Assembly (NCBI GenBank): GCA_963744145.1
Contig: CAVUSO010000001.1
Location: 3,040,001 to 3,104,000 of the forward strand
DNA: 64,000 bases
Direction: 5' to 3'
DNA from: an uncultured cyanobacterium
Lineage (GTDB): Bacteria > Cyanobacteriota > Cyanobacteriia > Cyanobacteriales > CAWUOF01
The notes below the pieces were generated by a model. It was not told the origin of the DNA, made no database searches, and saw only the letters and a program-made list of their open reading frames with translations. The first letter of the stretch is position 1. The number at the start of each line of letters is the position of its first letter. Position numbers and translations under genes: made by a program. This document shows, piece by piece, positions 39,887-50,466 of this stretch.

Positions 39887-41100
39887 TTTCCACATTTTAA
39901 TTGTAAAAATTTACCGATTTTTTCGACAGCGATCGCTAATATTTCTGGATGATGTACTAAAGCAAATCGCACATATCCTTCCCCAGACTTACCAAATCCA
40001 GCACCAGGTGTAACCGCAACTCCTGTAGTTTCTATTAATTTGATAGCAAATCCAATCGAGTCATTTTCCCAGACTTTTGGTAATTTTGCCCAAATATACA
40101 TGGTTGCTGGTGGTGTGTTTACTTCCCACCCAATTTGATTTAATCCTTGGATAAAAATATCTCGTCGCTGACGATAAGTTTCTACTGTGGCTTTAACTAC
40201 ATCTTGGGGACCATTAAGCGCCGCGATCGCTCCATTTAAGATCCCCTGATATTGATTAAAATCGATCGCTGCTTTGACCTGGGCTAGAGCTTTAATTATT
40301 TGCCGATTCCCCACCGCAAATCCAATCCGAAATCCCCCCATATTATAAGATTTAGACAAGGTAAAAAATTCAATCGCAACACTTTTATCTACATCTGCTT
40401 GGAAGATTGATGGCGCAATTTCCGCAGCGGTTTTATGTTCCGTCTCATAAATTAAATCAACATAAGGGAAATCATGGGCTAAAACCAAATTATGCTGCTG
40501 ACAAAACCTGACCGCTTCTTGGAAAAATGCTAAATTCGCGATCGCTGTAGTGGGATTGTGGGGATAATTCAGAACCATTAACCGTGACTGAGCTAATACA
40601 GGTTCCGGAATCTCCCCAAAAACTGGTAAAAACCCGTTTTCTGCTCGCAAAGACATGGGATAAATTTGACCATTGGCTAAATATACTCCACCCATATGAG
40701 ATGGATATCCTGGATCGAGCAGTAGCGCAAAATCACCCGGATTTAAGATCGCTAAAGGTAAATGTCCCGTACCTTCTTGAGAACCAATTAAGGTCAGCAC
40801 TTCAGTTTCTGGATCAACAGAAATCCCAAATTTCTGGAAGTACCAATCAGCCGCAGCTTGACGAAACTCTTGAGTCCGATGAAATAATAGATAACCGTGG
40901 GTACTCGGATCTCTTAAAGATGAGGCGATCGCCGCGATCGCATGATCGGGAGCAGCTAAATCGGCGGACCCTAAAGACAGATCAATCAGTTCCTGTCCCA
41001 ATCCTTTGGCTCTCGACTTAGCCCGATCCATATCAGCAAAGACATTAGCTTGTAATAATTCTAAACGTTTGGCAAATTGCATAGTTGGCGATTCAGTCAT
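39883..41100 (-). CDS. Class I PLP aminotransferase (LL-diaminopimelate aminotransferase-like)
   Basis: IGSQEG, LNYPHNPT, TLSKSYNMGGFRIG, GEGYVRFAL. Confidence 0.9.
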   Translation of the reverse strand: MTESPTMQFAKRLELLQANVFADMDRAKSRAKGLGQELIDLSLGSADLAAPDHAIAAIASSLRDPSTHGYLLFHRTQEFRQAAADWYFQKFGISVDPETEVLTLIGSQEGTGHLPLAILNPGDFALLLDPGYPSHMGGVYLANGQIYPMSLRAENGFLPVFGEIPEPVLAQSRLMVLNYPHNPTTAIANLAFFQEAVRFCQQHNLVLAHDFPYVDLIYETEHKTAAEIAPSIFQADVDKSVAIEFFTLSKSYNMGGFRIGFAVGNRQIIKALAQVKAAIDFNQYQGILNGAIAALNGPQDVVKATVETYRQRRDIFIQGLNQIGWEVNTPPATMYIWAKLPKVWENDSIGFAIKLIETTGVAVTPGAGFGKSGEGYVRFALVHHPEILAIAVEKIGKFLQLKCGN

Positions 41101-41146
41101 GGTTTATGGGTCATTATCACCGATTAACCATGACAGATCAGCAATT

Positions 41147-41488
41147 TTATAAAAGAGGCTCGATCAGACTGGCCAATTTTTGTTTGGTGATGGCTCCTTC
41201 GCAGGATAACAAAATTTTCCCATCTTTGAGTAGTCGAAAAGCCGGAACACCTTCGACTTTGTATTCTTTCACTGCTTCAGGATTAACATCTACTTCCAAC
41301 TTCATTACGATCAAGCGATCGCTATATTGATCTGCGAGCCCGTTAATTAATGGGGCTGTCAAGCGACAAGGGCCACACCATTTCGCCCAAAAATAGAGCA
41401 ATACTGGTTGAGTTGCTTTTGCTAGTTCCGATTCAAACTCTTTGTCAGTAATTTCGATCACGCTAGTCATCACTACCTTCCTTGGCAA
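41147..41488 (-). CDS. Thioredoxin-family protein
   Basis: FWAKWCGPC motif. Confidence 0.92.
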   Translation of the reverse strand: MPRKVVMTSVIEITDKEFESELAKATQPVLLYFWAKWCGPCRLTAPLINGLADQYSDRLIVMKLEVDVNPEAVKEYKVEGVPAFRLLKDGKILLSCEGAITKQKLASLIEPLL

Positions 41489-41647
41489 AACCCATCTTAA
41501 TTATGTTAGAGTTTTTTAGGTTAAACAAGATTTTTGATTATTAGACTTAGTTCAAAAAATTATTACATTTAGAATAGCTTTAATCAAAAATTGGGCTCAG
41601 ACCAAGAGTAATCACCATCCTCTTGGTCTTAATTGTGATCATTAATC

Positions 41648-42412
41648 TTATTGATTGAGAGTTTTTCGTAATTGATTTAATTCCTCTTCCACAATGGAAG
41701 CTTCAAGGATCGGTGGTGATTGATGGGAGTTACTTTGACCGGGTGGAAGTTGACCATGGGACATTTGGGCTTTTAGAGCTAGTAACTCATCTTCTACATC
41801 GTTACCTCCTTCTAATTGACGAAATTGTGCAGCTAGATCATCTCCTGCTAATTCAGCCGCAGCTCCTGCTCGTGCTTCATATTGTAAGACTTTTTCTTCC
41901 ATCCGCTCAAAAGCATTCATGGCGCTACTGGTATTGAGAGAACTGATGGTATTTTGCAATTTCTCATTCGCTTTAGCAGCAGCAGCTCGAGCTTTGAGGG
42001 TATCTTTTTTAGTTTTTGCTTCCGAAATTTTACTTTCTAAAGCTGTTAAGTTGCGCTTAAAAGCATCTACTTGAATAGTTTGCTGATCTAAACTTGTTTT
42101 CAAGGTTGTGGCTGTATCAGCATAGTTTTTTTTGCGGACTAAAGCTTCTCGAGCTAAATTTTCATCACCCTTTTGCAATGCTAATTGAGCCCGATTTTGC
42201 CAGTTATTCACTTCCGATTGCGCTTGGTTATATTGTTGCTGAGTCCGCTTTTGGGTCGCGATCGCACTAGCTACTGCTTGACGGAGTTTAATCAGATCCT
42301 CCTGCATATCGATCAAAGACTGTTCCAGAATTTTTTCTGGGTCTTCTGCTTTGCTAACTAGATCATTCAGATTAGCTTTAATTAATCTACCAAGTCGGTC
42401 AAATAATCCCAT
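41648..42412 (-). CDS. vipp1: Vipp1/IM30 paralogue 2
   Basis: MGLFDR..KAEDPEKILEQ, AFERMEEKV, C-terminal extension ending ELNQLRKTLNQ. Confidence 0.88.
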   Translation of the reverse strand: MGLFDRLGRLIKANLNDLVSKAEDPEKILEQSLIDMQEDLIKLRQAVASAIATQKRTQQQYNQAQSEVNNWQNRAQLALQKGDENLAREALVRKKNYADTATTLKTSLDQQTIQVDAFKRNLTALESKISEAKTKKDTLKARAAAAKANEKLQNTISSLNTSSAMNAFERMEEKVLQYEARAGAAAELAGDDLAAQFRQLEGGNDVEDELLALKAQMSHGQLPPGQSNSHQSPPILEASIVEEELNQLRKTLNQ

Positions 42413-42575
42413 GATGATATTTTATCCTTTGTGAGTGGATCGGTGGTGGGAAATATGATCCTGCTCCTTTGATCATACCCCGCTGGACAATATTAATAAC
42501 TAAGACCAATATAGATAGAAAAACCATCTATTTTGGTCTTTATGCTGATAATTAGGATAAACTCAATCCAAATTT

Positions 42576-43346
42576 TTATTGATTAAGTGTCTTGCGTAAT
42601 TTATTCAATTCATCATCAACTACTGAAGCTGATTGAGTCGGACTTGTTTGACCTGCGGCTGGCAGTTGACCAGCAGTTGGAGCTGGACCAAGAGACATTT
42701 GGGCTTTCAGTGCTAACAATTCATCATCAACATTGTTACCTGATTCTAACTTCAAAAATTCGTCTTCCAGACTATTTCCGACTAATTCTCCTGCTGCACT
42801 AGAACGAGCTTCCATTTGTAAAACTTTTTCTTCCATGCGTTCAAAAGCACCCATAGCACTGCTAGTATTGAGTGATCCGATCGTATTTTGGAGCTGTTCA
42901 TTCGCTTTAGCCGCAGCTACTCGGGCTTTGAGCATATCCTTTTTGGTCTTCGCTTCAGAAATTTTACTTTCTAAACCGATTAAGTTGCGCTTGAGGGACT
43001 CTACCTGAGTAGTTTGTTGATCTAGACTAGTTTTTAGGGTTGTGGCTGTCTCACTATGAGTCTTTTTCCGAACTAACGCTTCCCGCGCTAGATTTTCGTC
43101 ACCTTTTTGCAGGGCTAATTGAGCGCGGTTTTGCCAACTGTTTACTTCGGTTTGAGCTTGGTTATATTGTTGCTGAGTCCGTTTTTGCGTCGCGATCGCG
43201 CTAGCTACTGCTTGACGGAGCTGGACTAAGTCTTCTTGCATATCCATCAAAGACTGCTCTAGAATCTTTTCTGGGTCTTCAGCTTTGCTAACTAGATCAT
43301 TCAGATTGGCTTTGACTACTCTGTTAATGCGATCGAATAATCCCAT
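42576..43346 (-). CDS. vipp1: Vipp1/IM30 paralogue 1
   Basis: Same motifs; C-terminal VDDELNKLRKTLNQ helix. Confidence 0.9.
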   Translation of the reverse strand: MGLFDRINRVVKANLNDLVSKAEDPEKILEQSLMDMQEDLVQLRQAVASAIATQKRTQQQYNQAQTEVNSWQNRAQLALQKGDENLAREALVRKKTHSETATTLKTSLDQQTTQVESLKRNLIGLESKISEAKTKKDMLKARVAAAKANEQLQNTIGSLNTSSAMGAFERMEEKVLQMEARSSAAGELVGNSLEDEFLKLESGNNVDDELLALKAQMSLGPAPTAGQLPAAGQTSPTQSASVVDDELNKLRKTLNQ

Positions 43347-43478
43347 GATGATGTTTTATCCTTAAATTAGGGTTGACAAAATTACTTAGGTTTGGGCTTT
43401 TGCTATTTGCGGGTTATGTTTTTAATCATATTAATTTTGAGGATAACCTTTACTAGATGGTTTTTTTGGGCTAGTTGC

Positions 43479-44252
43479 TCAATTCCTTTCTGATTGGTTG
43501 TTTGGATTGGGCGTTTGTCCCGTTTGACCTTCATCCACACTTAATTTTAGCGTGGATGAGGGTAAGGATGGTAATTGGACCTGTTCAGTCCCAGAGACCA
43601 GTTGGGCTTTCATTGCTGCTAGTTCTGCATCAATTTCACCACTACTTGGCAGTTGGGCAAATTCCTCTTTGAGATCGTCTGTACTTAGCTCTGTGATCGC
43701 TTCTGATTGGGCTTCTAATTGTAGGACTTTTTCTTCCATCCGCTCAAAAGCACTCAATGAGCTAGTAGTATTAACTGATCCTAACATTTCATTAATTTTC
43801 TGGGCTGCTACCGCTGAACGTGCCCGCGCAATATATAAGTCTTTTTTGGTTTTTGCTTCGGCAATTTTTTGCTCTAGCTTTTTCATATCTTGTTTGAGCT
43901 TATTTACCACTACACTTTGCTGTTCAATTTGTTTAGACATTGATTCAGCTGTTTCTTGGTAGGGTTTACGACGAGTCAACGCTTCCCTAGCTAGGTTTTC
44001 ATCACCTTTTTGCAGGGCTAATTGTGCCCGACGATACCATTCCTGAGCATTCTCTTGAGCTTGGGTGACTTGTCTTTCGGTGCGTTTTTGGGTCGCGATC
44101 GCTTGAGCTACTGCTTGACGCAACTGGACTAGATCCTCTTGCATCTCCATCACTACTTGCTCCAGAATTTTTTCTGGATCTTCAGCTTGACCAATCAGAT
44201 GGTTGATATTAGCTTGAATTATTCGTTTGATCCGCTCAAAAAATCCCATCAT
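43479..44252 (-). CDS. pspA: PspA/IM30-family protein
   Basis: AEDPEKILEQ, KDLYIARARSA; lacks the second terminal VDxEL helix. Confidence 0.88.
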   Translation of the reverse strand: MMGFFERIKRIIQANINHLIGQAEDPEKILEQVVMEMQEDLVQLRQAVAQAIATQKRTERQVTQAQENAQEWYRRAQLALQKGDENLAREALTRRKPYQETAESMSKQIEQQSVVVNKLKQDMKKLEQKIAEAKTKKDLYIARARSAVAAQKINEMLGSVNTTSSLSAFERMEEKVLQLEAQSEAITELSTDDLKEEFAQLPSSGEIDAELAAMKAQLVSGTEQVQLPSLPSSTLKLSVDEGQTGQTPNPNNQSERN

Positions 44253-44337
44253 CGCTCTCCATTCATTTTCTGGCCAAGTCTGAGCAGCAAGTTTAATCTT
44301 ATGGTATCGTTTATGAGCGGAGAAGTTTGGTTGATGC

Positions 44338-45501
44338 TCAAGGCTTGTAGACTTGTACCTCTATTCCTTGCTTACGGAGTTGTTCTGCGATCAGATTGGC
44401 TGTAGTCTGATCTTTATAAGCTCCTAACTGGATTCTTGTCCCTTGGGGAAAATCCCTGAGATAAGCATCTGATACTATTTTCCTGGCTTTTTGCAAGCTT
44501 TCATCCCCAAGATATTCACTTAAAACATAATAATACTTATCTTCTAACTGAATTGCTGTACTAGATTTTTTCTGATCCGAAGCATTTTCGACCGTTGAGG
44601 ACTGATGAACTGCTGGTGGAGATGGTAACAAAGCCGCAGTTAAATTCAACGGTGGTGCCGCGGTTGTCGGTTTGGTCGTGGGACTAGCTGCTGTTTGAGG
44701 TAATTGTTGTGCTAATTTGCTGGGATTGGGTACAATTACCTGATTCTGGGGTTTGTTTGGGTTGAGCATTCCAATTGTGTTTAAATCTAGCTCCACAAAT
44801 TCCTGGGAAGCTAGATTTGGTGTATTCGGAATCGGAGGTAATTTGCTCCCGTTACTAATTCCATTCCGATTTGGTTTGCTAGTTTGACTAACTTCTGTCG
44901 CTGTGGGGTTAATGATGCGTCGTAAGTTAGCTATGGTCAAGCTAGTCCGATTTTGCCATATTACATATCCAAAGGTTATACAGGCAAGTAGCAACAGCAA
45001 GATTGAACCTATCCCCAATGGATTCATCATCTGATCCTGGAAACGACTATTTGATTTGTTTGGGGATGTTGTTTCTTCGTCTAAGCTTTTGACCAGTCGC
45101 TCGGAGGATTCTAGATAGTTATCCGGTGCTGGAGGATGGGGATAGGGAAATGGTGTGATGGTGGGAAATGGATGGGATTCCTGGTTAAATTCGGTGTCCT
45201 CTTTGTTGGTCTCTGGTTCTCTCTTTTCTGGGGCGATCGCGATATACTTGCGCTGTGCATCTCCGACCGGACTAGGTTCTGCTTCGACTGTTGGTATGGT
45301 AGGTAAAGAAATTAGTTCTATTGGTTCAGGAGTTTGGTTTCTACCAATTCCTCGATCGCTTGCTAGGGGTTTTCCTGCCCGTTTGCGTCGATATCGTTTT
45401 AATTCATCTTGTAATTGTATATCTAAATTATGTAGAACTACCTTTAAAACCGGGTTTAACTGACTTTTGCTTGGGGACTCAGCTAAGGAAGGTTTACTCA
45501 T
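44338..45501 (-). CDS. Single-TM protein with C-terminal SPOR-like domain
   Basis: LDIQLQDELKRYRR, one TM, RIQLGAY..A..LRKQGI. Confidence 0.75.
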   Translation of the reverse strand: MSKPSLAESPSKSQLNPVLKVVLHNLDIQLQDELKRYRRKRAGKPLASDRGIGRNQTPEPIELISLPTIPTVEAEPSPVGDAQRKYIAIAPEKREPETNKEDTEFNQESHPFPTITPFPYPHPPAPDNYLESSERLVKSLDEETTSPNKSNSRFQDQMMNPLGIGSILLLLLACITFGYVIWQNRTSLTIANLRRIINPTATEVSQTSKPNRNGISNGSKLPPIPNTPNLASQEFVELDLNTIGMLNPNKPQNQVIVPNPSKLAQQLPQTAASPTTKPTTAAPPLNLTAALLPSPPAVHQSSTVENASDQKKSSTAIQLEDKYYYVLSEYLGDESLQKARKIVSDAYLRDFPQGTRIQLGAYKDQTTANLIAEQLRKQGIEVQVYKP

Positions 45502-45696
45502 CGCACTACTACTCCTATAGTCAAATCAGATTTTAATTCGGGATAGCTGACTCGGTTGGATAGTAAATGTTTCTCTTGATCCATTTTTGGGGTTTCCACC
45601 GATTTACAACTTTAATTAGGCAGGTGATTTCTGCCCAGCGTTCCAGGACGCTTAGTACCTTTGAATACTTCAGTATACATAGACAAGGAGCAGAAA

Positions 45697-46260
45697 ATGG
45701 GTTTTCAGTCTCTCAATTATGTCTTGGATTTGATGAAAAGTCAGTTGATCTCTCCCGAACAACTCCAGTTTCAATTTTTGTTGTCTTGTTGGTCTCAAGT
45801 AGTGGAAGAGGGTATAGTTAAATATACTCAACCAATCTCGATCTATCGGGGAGTTTTAAAAGTTGCTACTCCTAGTTCTGCTTTAGCTCAAGACCTGACT
45901 TTTAAACGTCGTCAGATTTTGGCTAAGTTGAATTCTCGTTTGCAAGCTCCTTTGCATGATCTTCATTTTTCTACTGCTGGTTGGCGCAATTTTTCTGATC
46001 CTGATTATGCCTCAGTTCCCAGTGAAATTGCTCAGACTTGGCAAGCACATCCTAGTCGTTTGCTAGCAGGTTCTCCTGGAAATCAAACTCCATCCCTTGA
46101 AGATAGCTTAGATGCTCCTGCTGCCTTTAGACAATGGGCCGAGAAAATTCAGTGGCGATCGCAATCTTTACCTCTTTGTCCCCATTGTCAATCCCCTACT
46201 CCGATCGGTGAACTTCAACGTTGGTTAGTCTGCGCTCCTTGTGCCAGTAACCATAAGTAG
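45697..46260 (+). CDS. DUF721/DciA-like protein with C-terminal Zn finger
   Basis: WSQVV..YTQPISI..GVLKVATPSSALAQDL; CPHC..CAPC. Confidence 0.85.
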   Translation: MGFQSLNYVLDLMKSQLISPEQLQFQFLLSCWSQVVEEGIVKYTQPISIYRGVLKVATPSSALAQDLTFKRRQILAKLNSRLQAPLHDLHFSTAGWRNFSDPDYASVPSEIAQTWQAHPSRLLAGSPGNQTPSLEDSLDAPAAFRQWAEKIQWRSQSLPLCPHCQSPTPIGELQRWLVCAPCASNHK

Positions 46261-46736
46261 TTATACTTCCTTAATTATGCTGGTGATTGTCTCCCTGACT
46301 GCGATTAATTCAATCTCTCTATCTTTCTAGCTCAACCCCCTTTCCGTAATTATTCGGAAAATAATAATTTCTCTGTTTAAAAATACCTGATAATTACAGA
46401 AAATTGCCCTAAATTTAATGATTTTCCTAAGCAGTAATCTTCCTATTTTTAGTGAATATTTTGTGAATATCCCCAATACCTATATTATCCCAGCTAAAGA
46501 CCTGTTTACCTTGATCCCCACCTATTTTTAGCTCAGTAAGTATTTTTTTTCATAGATCCCTATAGTCTTCTAATCAATTTTGTTGCTATTTTTAAAGCAA
46601 ATCTAAAAAAATTATAAAGTTAATTTTTGCCGCAAACTAGCTATAATCTATACAGTGAATAGATTTAATCCCTAAAACGGGGATCAAGACAAACAGGAAT
46701 AATTAAAAAAGCAAATCACTCCCAGAGGAAATTCTT

Positions 46737-47051
46737 ATGAGTAACTTCAATTGTTTAGCGTCTGTATGTCGGCACTGCCGATTCTATACACCGGAAGGAC
46801 GCAGGGGTGGTCAATGTCAACAGTTAGGTGTTCCAGTTCGGGGAGTCTGGAAATCTTGCTCTTTGGCGATCCCACCCTTTGCACCATCATGGGAAACGAT
46901 CGAAGTAGCGGAAGTTTGGACCCAAAAAGCCCTCGTTGTTCCCGATGCTCTTCCCTTAGCTTGCTCTTTAGAATTTGCCCAGTTAGAAGAGCTTGGACCA
47001 GAAAGTAGCGCTCATCACCAAAAAATGGCCACGAATTTGGTTTTGGCCTAG
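46737..47051 (+). CDS. Cys-rich hypothetical protein
   Basis: CRHCRFYTPEGRRGGQCQQLGVPVRGVWKSC; AGAGG upstream. Confidence 0.75.
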   Translation: MSNFNCLASVCRHCRFYTPEGRRGGQCQQLGVPVRGVWKSCSLAIPPFAPSWETIEVAEVWTQKALVVPDALPLACSLEFAQLEELGPESSAHHQKMATNLVLA

Positions 47052-47217
47052 TATCCCTTCTATTTAAAAAAAAAGTTGTCTGGCTAAACTCGTAATATTC
47101 TTTATGATCCACCTCAGATTTATGAAAAATAATCGAGGAAAAAACCGAGAATACGAGCATTTTGAAGAAAAGAAAAATCAAATCCCCAATTTAGTTATAA
47201 TCAGGGACATTACAGGG

Positions 47218-47247
47218 GTCGCATTTTTGAAAACCAAAAATGCGACG
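47218..47247. terminator. Hairpin downstream of menB
   Basis: GTCGCATTTTTG...CAAAAATGCGAC. Confidence 0.6.
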
Positions 47248-47268
47248 ATTCTATTTAGATCACTTTTT

Positions 47269-48102
47269 TTACGGTAACCAAGGATATTGTCGAAAGTCCG
47301 GAGCACGTTTTTCTAAAAATGCTTGTTTTCCTTCAGCCCCTTCTTCGGTCATATAGTATAGTAAGGTCGCGTTACCGGCTAGTTCTTGTAAACCTACTTG
47401 ACCATCACAATCCGCATTAAACGCTGCTTTTAAACACCGAATCGCGATCGGACTTTTTTCCAAAATCTCTTTTGCCCATTTAATTCCTTCTTGTTCTAGT
47501 TCGGCGATCGGCACGACACAATTAATTAAACCCATTTCTAAAGCTTGTTGGGCGTTATATTGACGACAGAGAAACCAGATTTCCCGAGCTTTTTTTTGCC
47601 CAACAATTCTCGCTAGATAACTAGAACCAAATCCACCATCAAAACTCCCGACTTTTGGGCCTGTCTGCCCGAAAATAGCATTATCCGCAGCTATTGTCAA
47701 GTCACAAATTAAATGTAATACATGACCACCGCCGATCGCATATCCCCCCACTAAAGCAATAACTACTTTGGGGAGGGAACGGATTAAGCGTTGTAAATCT
47801 AAGACATTTAAGCGTGGTACTCCCGCATCATCAATATAGCCAGCTTGACCCCGGACACTTTGATCCCCACCAGCACAGAAAGCGTATTGGCCATCTGGAG
47901 CTGGACCGGCACCTGTAAATAAAACTACACCAATTTGGGGATCTTCACGCACATCACAAAAAGCGTCATAGAGTTCAAATACTGTTTTCGGTCGGAAAGC
48001 ATTACGCTTGTGGGGACGATTAATGGTGATCTTGGCAATCCCATCGGTTTTATGATAAAGAATGTCTTCGTAAGTTTTGACTGTTTGCCAGTTAATTTGC
48101 AT
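47269..48102 (-). CDS. menB: 1,4-dihydroxy-2-naphthoyl-CoA synthase
   Basis: [26 protein letters not shown]. Confidence 0.98.
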   Translation of the reverse strand: MQINWQTVKTYEDILYHKTDGIAKITINRPHKRNAFRPKTVFELYDAFCDVREDPQIGVVLFTGAGPAPDGQYAFCAGGDQSVRGQAGYIDDAGVPRLNVLDLQRLIRSLPKVVIALVGGYAIGGGHVLHLICDLTIAADNAIFGQTGPKVGSFDGGFGSSYLARIVGQKKAREIWFLCRQYNAQQALEMGLINCVVPIAELEQEGIKWAKEILEKSPIAIRCLKAAFNADCDGQVGLQELAGNATLLYYMTEEGAEGKQAFLEKRAPDFRQYPWLP

Positions 48103-48317
48103 CTTTGTTTGCTGATTCCCGCTAGTTAGTCATTTTACGCTATCGCGCTGGTCTCAATTTGCCCGGAAATGATCATCTGCTCTGTGGATGGGGATTTTTT
48201 TCGATCCGCTTGACTTTCTAATTTTTTCTTGTTATAATTAATTTGATAAGGAAGAACTATCTTTTTATATTTAATATTAAGATACTTTAAGAAAAAAACA
48301 GGCTGGTTAATACTTAT

Positions 48318-48971
48318 ATGTCCCAGAGTCAACAACGGATCATTGGGATAACTGGAGGGATTGGGACCGGAAAAAGCACAGTTGCCACATATCTAACCAA
48401 TACCCATAAACTACCAATTTTAGACGCGGACATCTATGCTAGAGATGCAGTACAAATAGATACACCAATATGGCAAGCAATTAGCGATCGCTATGGGAGT
48501 AAAATTTGCACAAGCGATCGGAGTTTAGACCGTAAACAACTAGGTCAGATCATCTTCAACCATCCGGATGAACGAGCATGGCTAGAGCAACAAATACATC
48601 CCTATGTACGTCAACGAATTCAAACAGGAATTAAAGTTTTATTTCCCCAAACAGTAGTCATAGTTGTACCTTTATTATTTGAAGCAAACATGACAGATTT
48701 ATGTACAGAAATTTGGGTAGTATATTGTTCACCAGAAATGCAAATTAGACGAGTGATGGAACGTGATCAAATCACCCAAGAACAAAGTCTAGCTCGCATT
48801 AATAGTCAAATGCTGTTGACGGAAAAATGCGCTCAAGCAGATGTAGTGCTAGATAATTCTTTCAGCTTAGAAAGATTGCGATCGCAAATTGACTCTGCGG
48901 TTTTTGACAAAGCAAAAAATTTCCAGAGTAGCTACTCTAGCACTGCGAAAATCATAGTTCAGCGTGAGTAG
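48318..48971 (+). CDS. coaE: Dephospho-CoA kinase
   Basis: GITGGIGTGKST, LDAD, IHPYV, VPLLFE. Confidence 0.96.
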   Translation: MSQSQQRIIGITGGIGTGKSTVATYLTNTHKLPILDADIYARDAVQIDTPIWQAISDRYGSKICTSDRSLDRKQLGQIIFNHPDERAWLEQQIHPYVRQRIQTGIKVLFPQTVVIVVPLLFEANMTDLCTEIWVVYCSPEMQIRRVMERDQITQEQSLARINSQMLLTEKCAQADVVLDNSFSLERLRSQIDSAVFDKAKNFQSSYSSTAKIIVQRE

Positions 48972-49062
48972 ATTGAGCTATGATAGTAATTATCTAGATG
49001 CGATAGAACCTTGCTTTTGTCTCCATCTAATCTGTCAACTTCTATAAACCATCGAGGTTTCT

Positions 49063-49623
49063 ATGGGCACAACATTAAAACAAATTAGACAATATCTAGA
49101 TCAAAAAGATTGGAAATACCGAGTAGATGAAGAAAGTTCGCGGATTATTACAGGAGTACAAGCTGATCATGTGGAAGAATTTATCATCGTGATCCAATTA
49201 GATGAAGATGGAGAATTTTTTAAATTATTTGCACCCCAAGTGATTGCTGGAGTAAAAGAAAATCCTTACAAAGAACAAATTTTACAAACAATGTTAAGTA
49301 TATCCTGGGAAACAAAAATGCTCCAATGGGAATATGATCCCACCGATGGAGAAATCCGGGCAATTATCGAATTTCCCTTAGAAGATTCTCCCCTCACCGA
49401 AAGACAATTTAACCGTTGTCTACATGGGTTAATTCAAATAGTAGATGAAATCGCTATGCCCAGACTAAAACAAGTCATGAGCACTGGTAAAGATCCAGGA
49501 GATATAGAAGCAGGAGAGAGACTTTTATTAACTTTACAAGAGAAAGCACCAGGATTATTAGAAATGTTAGAAAAAGCCATGGAAGCTCGCAAGACCAGGG
49601 GAACATTTCCCTCAGAATCCTGA
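49063..49623 (+). CDS. YbjN-like hypothetical protein
   Basis: 186-aa ORF with WETKMLQWEYDPTDGEIRA. Confidence 0.7.
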   Translation: MGTTLKQIRQYLDQKDWKYRVDEESSRIITGVQADHVEEFIIVIQLDEDGEFFKLFAPQVIAGVKENPYKEQILQTMLSISWETKMLQWEYDPTDGEIRAIIEFPLEDSPLTERQFNRCLHGLIQIVDEIAMPRLKQVMSTGKDPGDIEAGERLLLTLQEKAPGLLEMLEKAMEARKTRGTFPSES

Positions 49624-49737
49624 ACTAATGTCCTAAGATCAGATAGGATGACTACGCTCTCGGATGTTAAAGCATCACGAGGGCAATTTCTTATCAGAGC
49701 TGTGGAAAATTAGGAGCTAGCAGTAATTAAATAACCT

Positions 49738-49917
49738 GTGAAACCAACAGAATTTCAATACTTGATAATTAATGCTTTACAAGTTCTAGACTTGCTTGAG
49801 TACGAATTTTATGATAGAAATAGTAGAGATTGGTATATCGCCACCTCAAGCTCAATCTTGCCAATAGCAGTTATTTTGCCAAATGGTGAAGTAGTACCTA
49901 GTAACTGGAAAGGATAA
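49738..49917 (+). CDS. Small 59-aa protein missing from the ORF track
   Basis: GTG start; MKPTEFQYLIINALQVLDLLEYEFYD...LPNGEVVPSNWKG*; ends 3 bp before next ATG. Confidence 0.6.
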   Translation: MKPTEFQYLIINALQVLDLLEYEFYDRNSRDWYIATSSSILPIAVILPNGEVVPSNWKG

Positions 49918-49920
49918 TTT

Positions 49921-50136
49921 ATGCGCGAGCCTACTGAATTAGAAACAAGACAATACCAAAGACTTATAGAAATATTTGCCATAGCCCGAAAACGATATTT
50001 AAGTGATGGGGGCGACCCTAAACGTCCTGGTGGTATTCTCAATGGTAAAGATTGTTTAACTACTGAGGAAAAACAAGAAATTATAGAGTTAGGTAAGCAA
50101 GTTTTTCCTCTTCAACAAAAAATAATCTATACTTAA
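49921..50136 (+). CDS. Small hypothetical protein
   Basis: 71 aa, AAGGA upstream within previous ORF. Confidence 0.65.
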   Translation: MREPTELETRQYQRLIEIFAIARKRYLSDGGDPKRPGGILNGKDCLTTEEKQEIIELGKQVFPLQQKIIYT

Positions 50137-50199
50137 ATTCAAAATTTGGTGATACCTGCATCACGTAATAATGCTGCTGCTGACAGTGGTAATCCCTGA

Positions 50200-50442
50200 T
50201 CAAGCAACAGTTTCATAGCGATTGGATAATTCAACAATTCGATCGTCAAGGTAAAAAGATACAAAAATTAGGGCTTGCCTGATATCTTCATCCTCCAGTT
50301 CTGGAAACTCTTGATATAGTTCTTGTCGATCAGGGTAAGTTGCTAGTAGTTCAATCACTCGACGTACAGTAAGGCGAAGATTACGAATACAGGGTTGACC
50401 ATTCATTCGTTTCGGATTGCTTGTAATACGATCTAGTTTCAT
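50200..50442 (-). CDS. DUF433 protein (antitoxin-like), no partner toxin seen
   Basis: RITSNP..MNGQPCIRNLR..YQEFPELEDEDIRQAL. Confidence 0.9.
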   Translation of the reverse strand: MKLDRITSNPKRMNGQPCIRNLRLTVRRVIELLATYPDRQELYQEFPELEDEDIRQALIFVSFYLDDRIVELSNRYETVA

Positions 50443-50466
50443 AGAGAAGCAACTTGTTATGAGTTA

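Noticed and set aside
46261..46736. Possible ncRNA in long AT-rich intergenic region
   Set aside because: No convincing structure or known motif seen; probably promoter DNA
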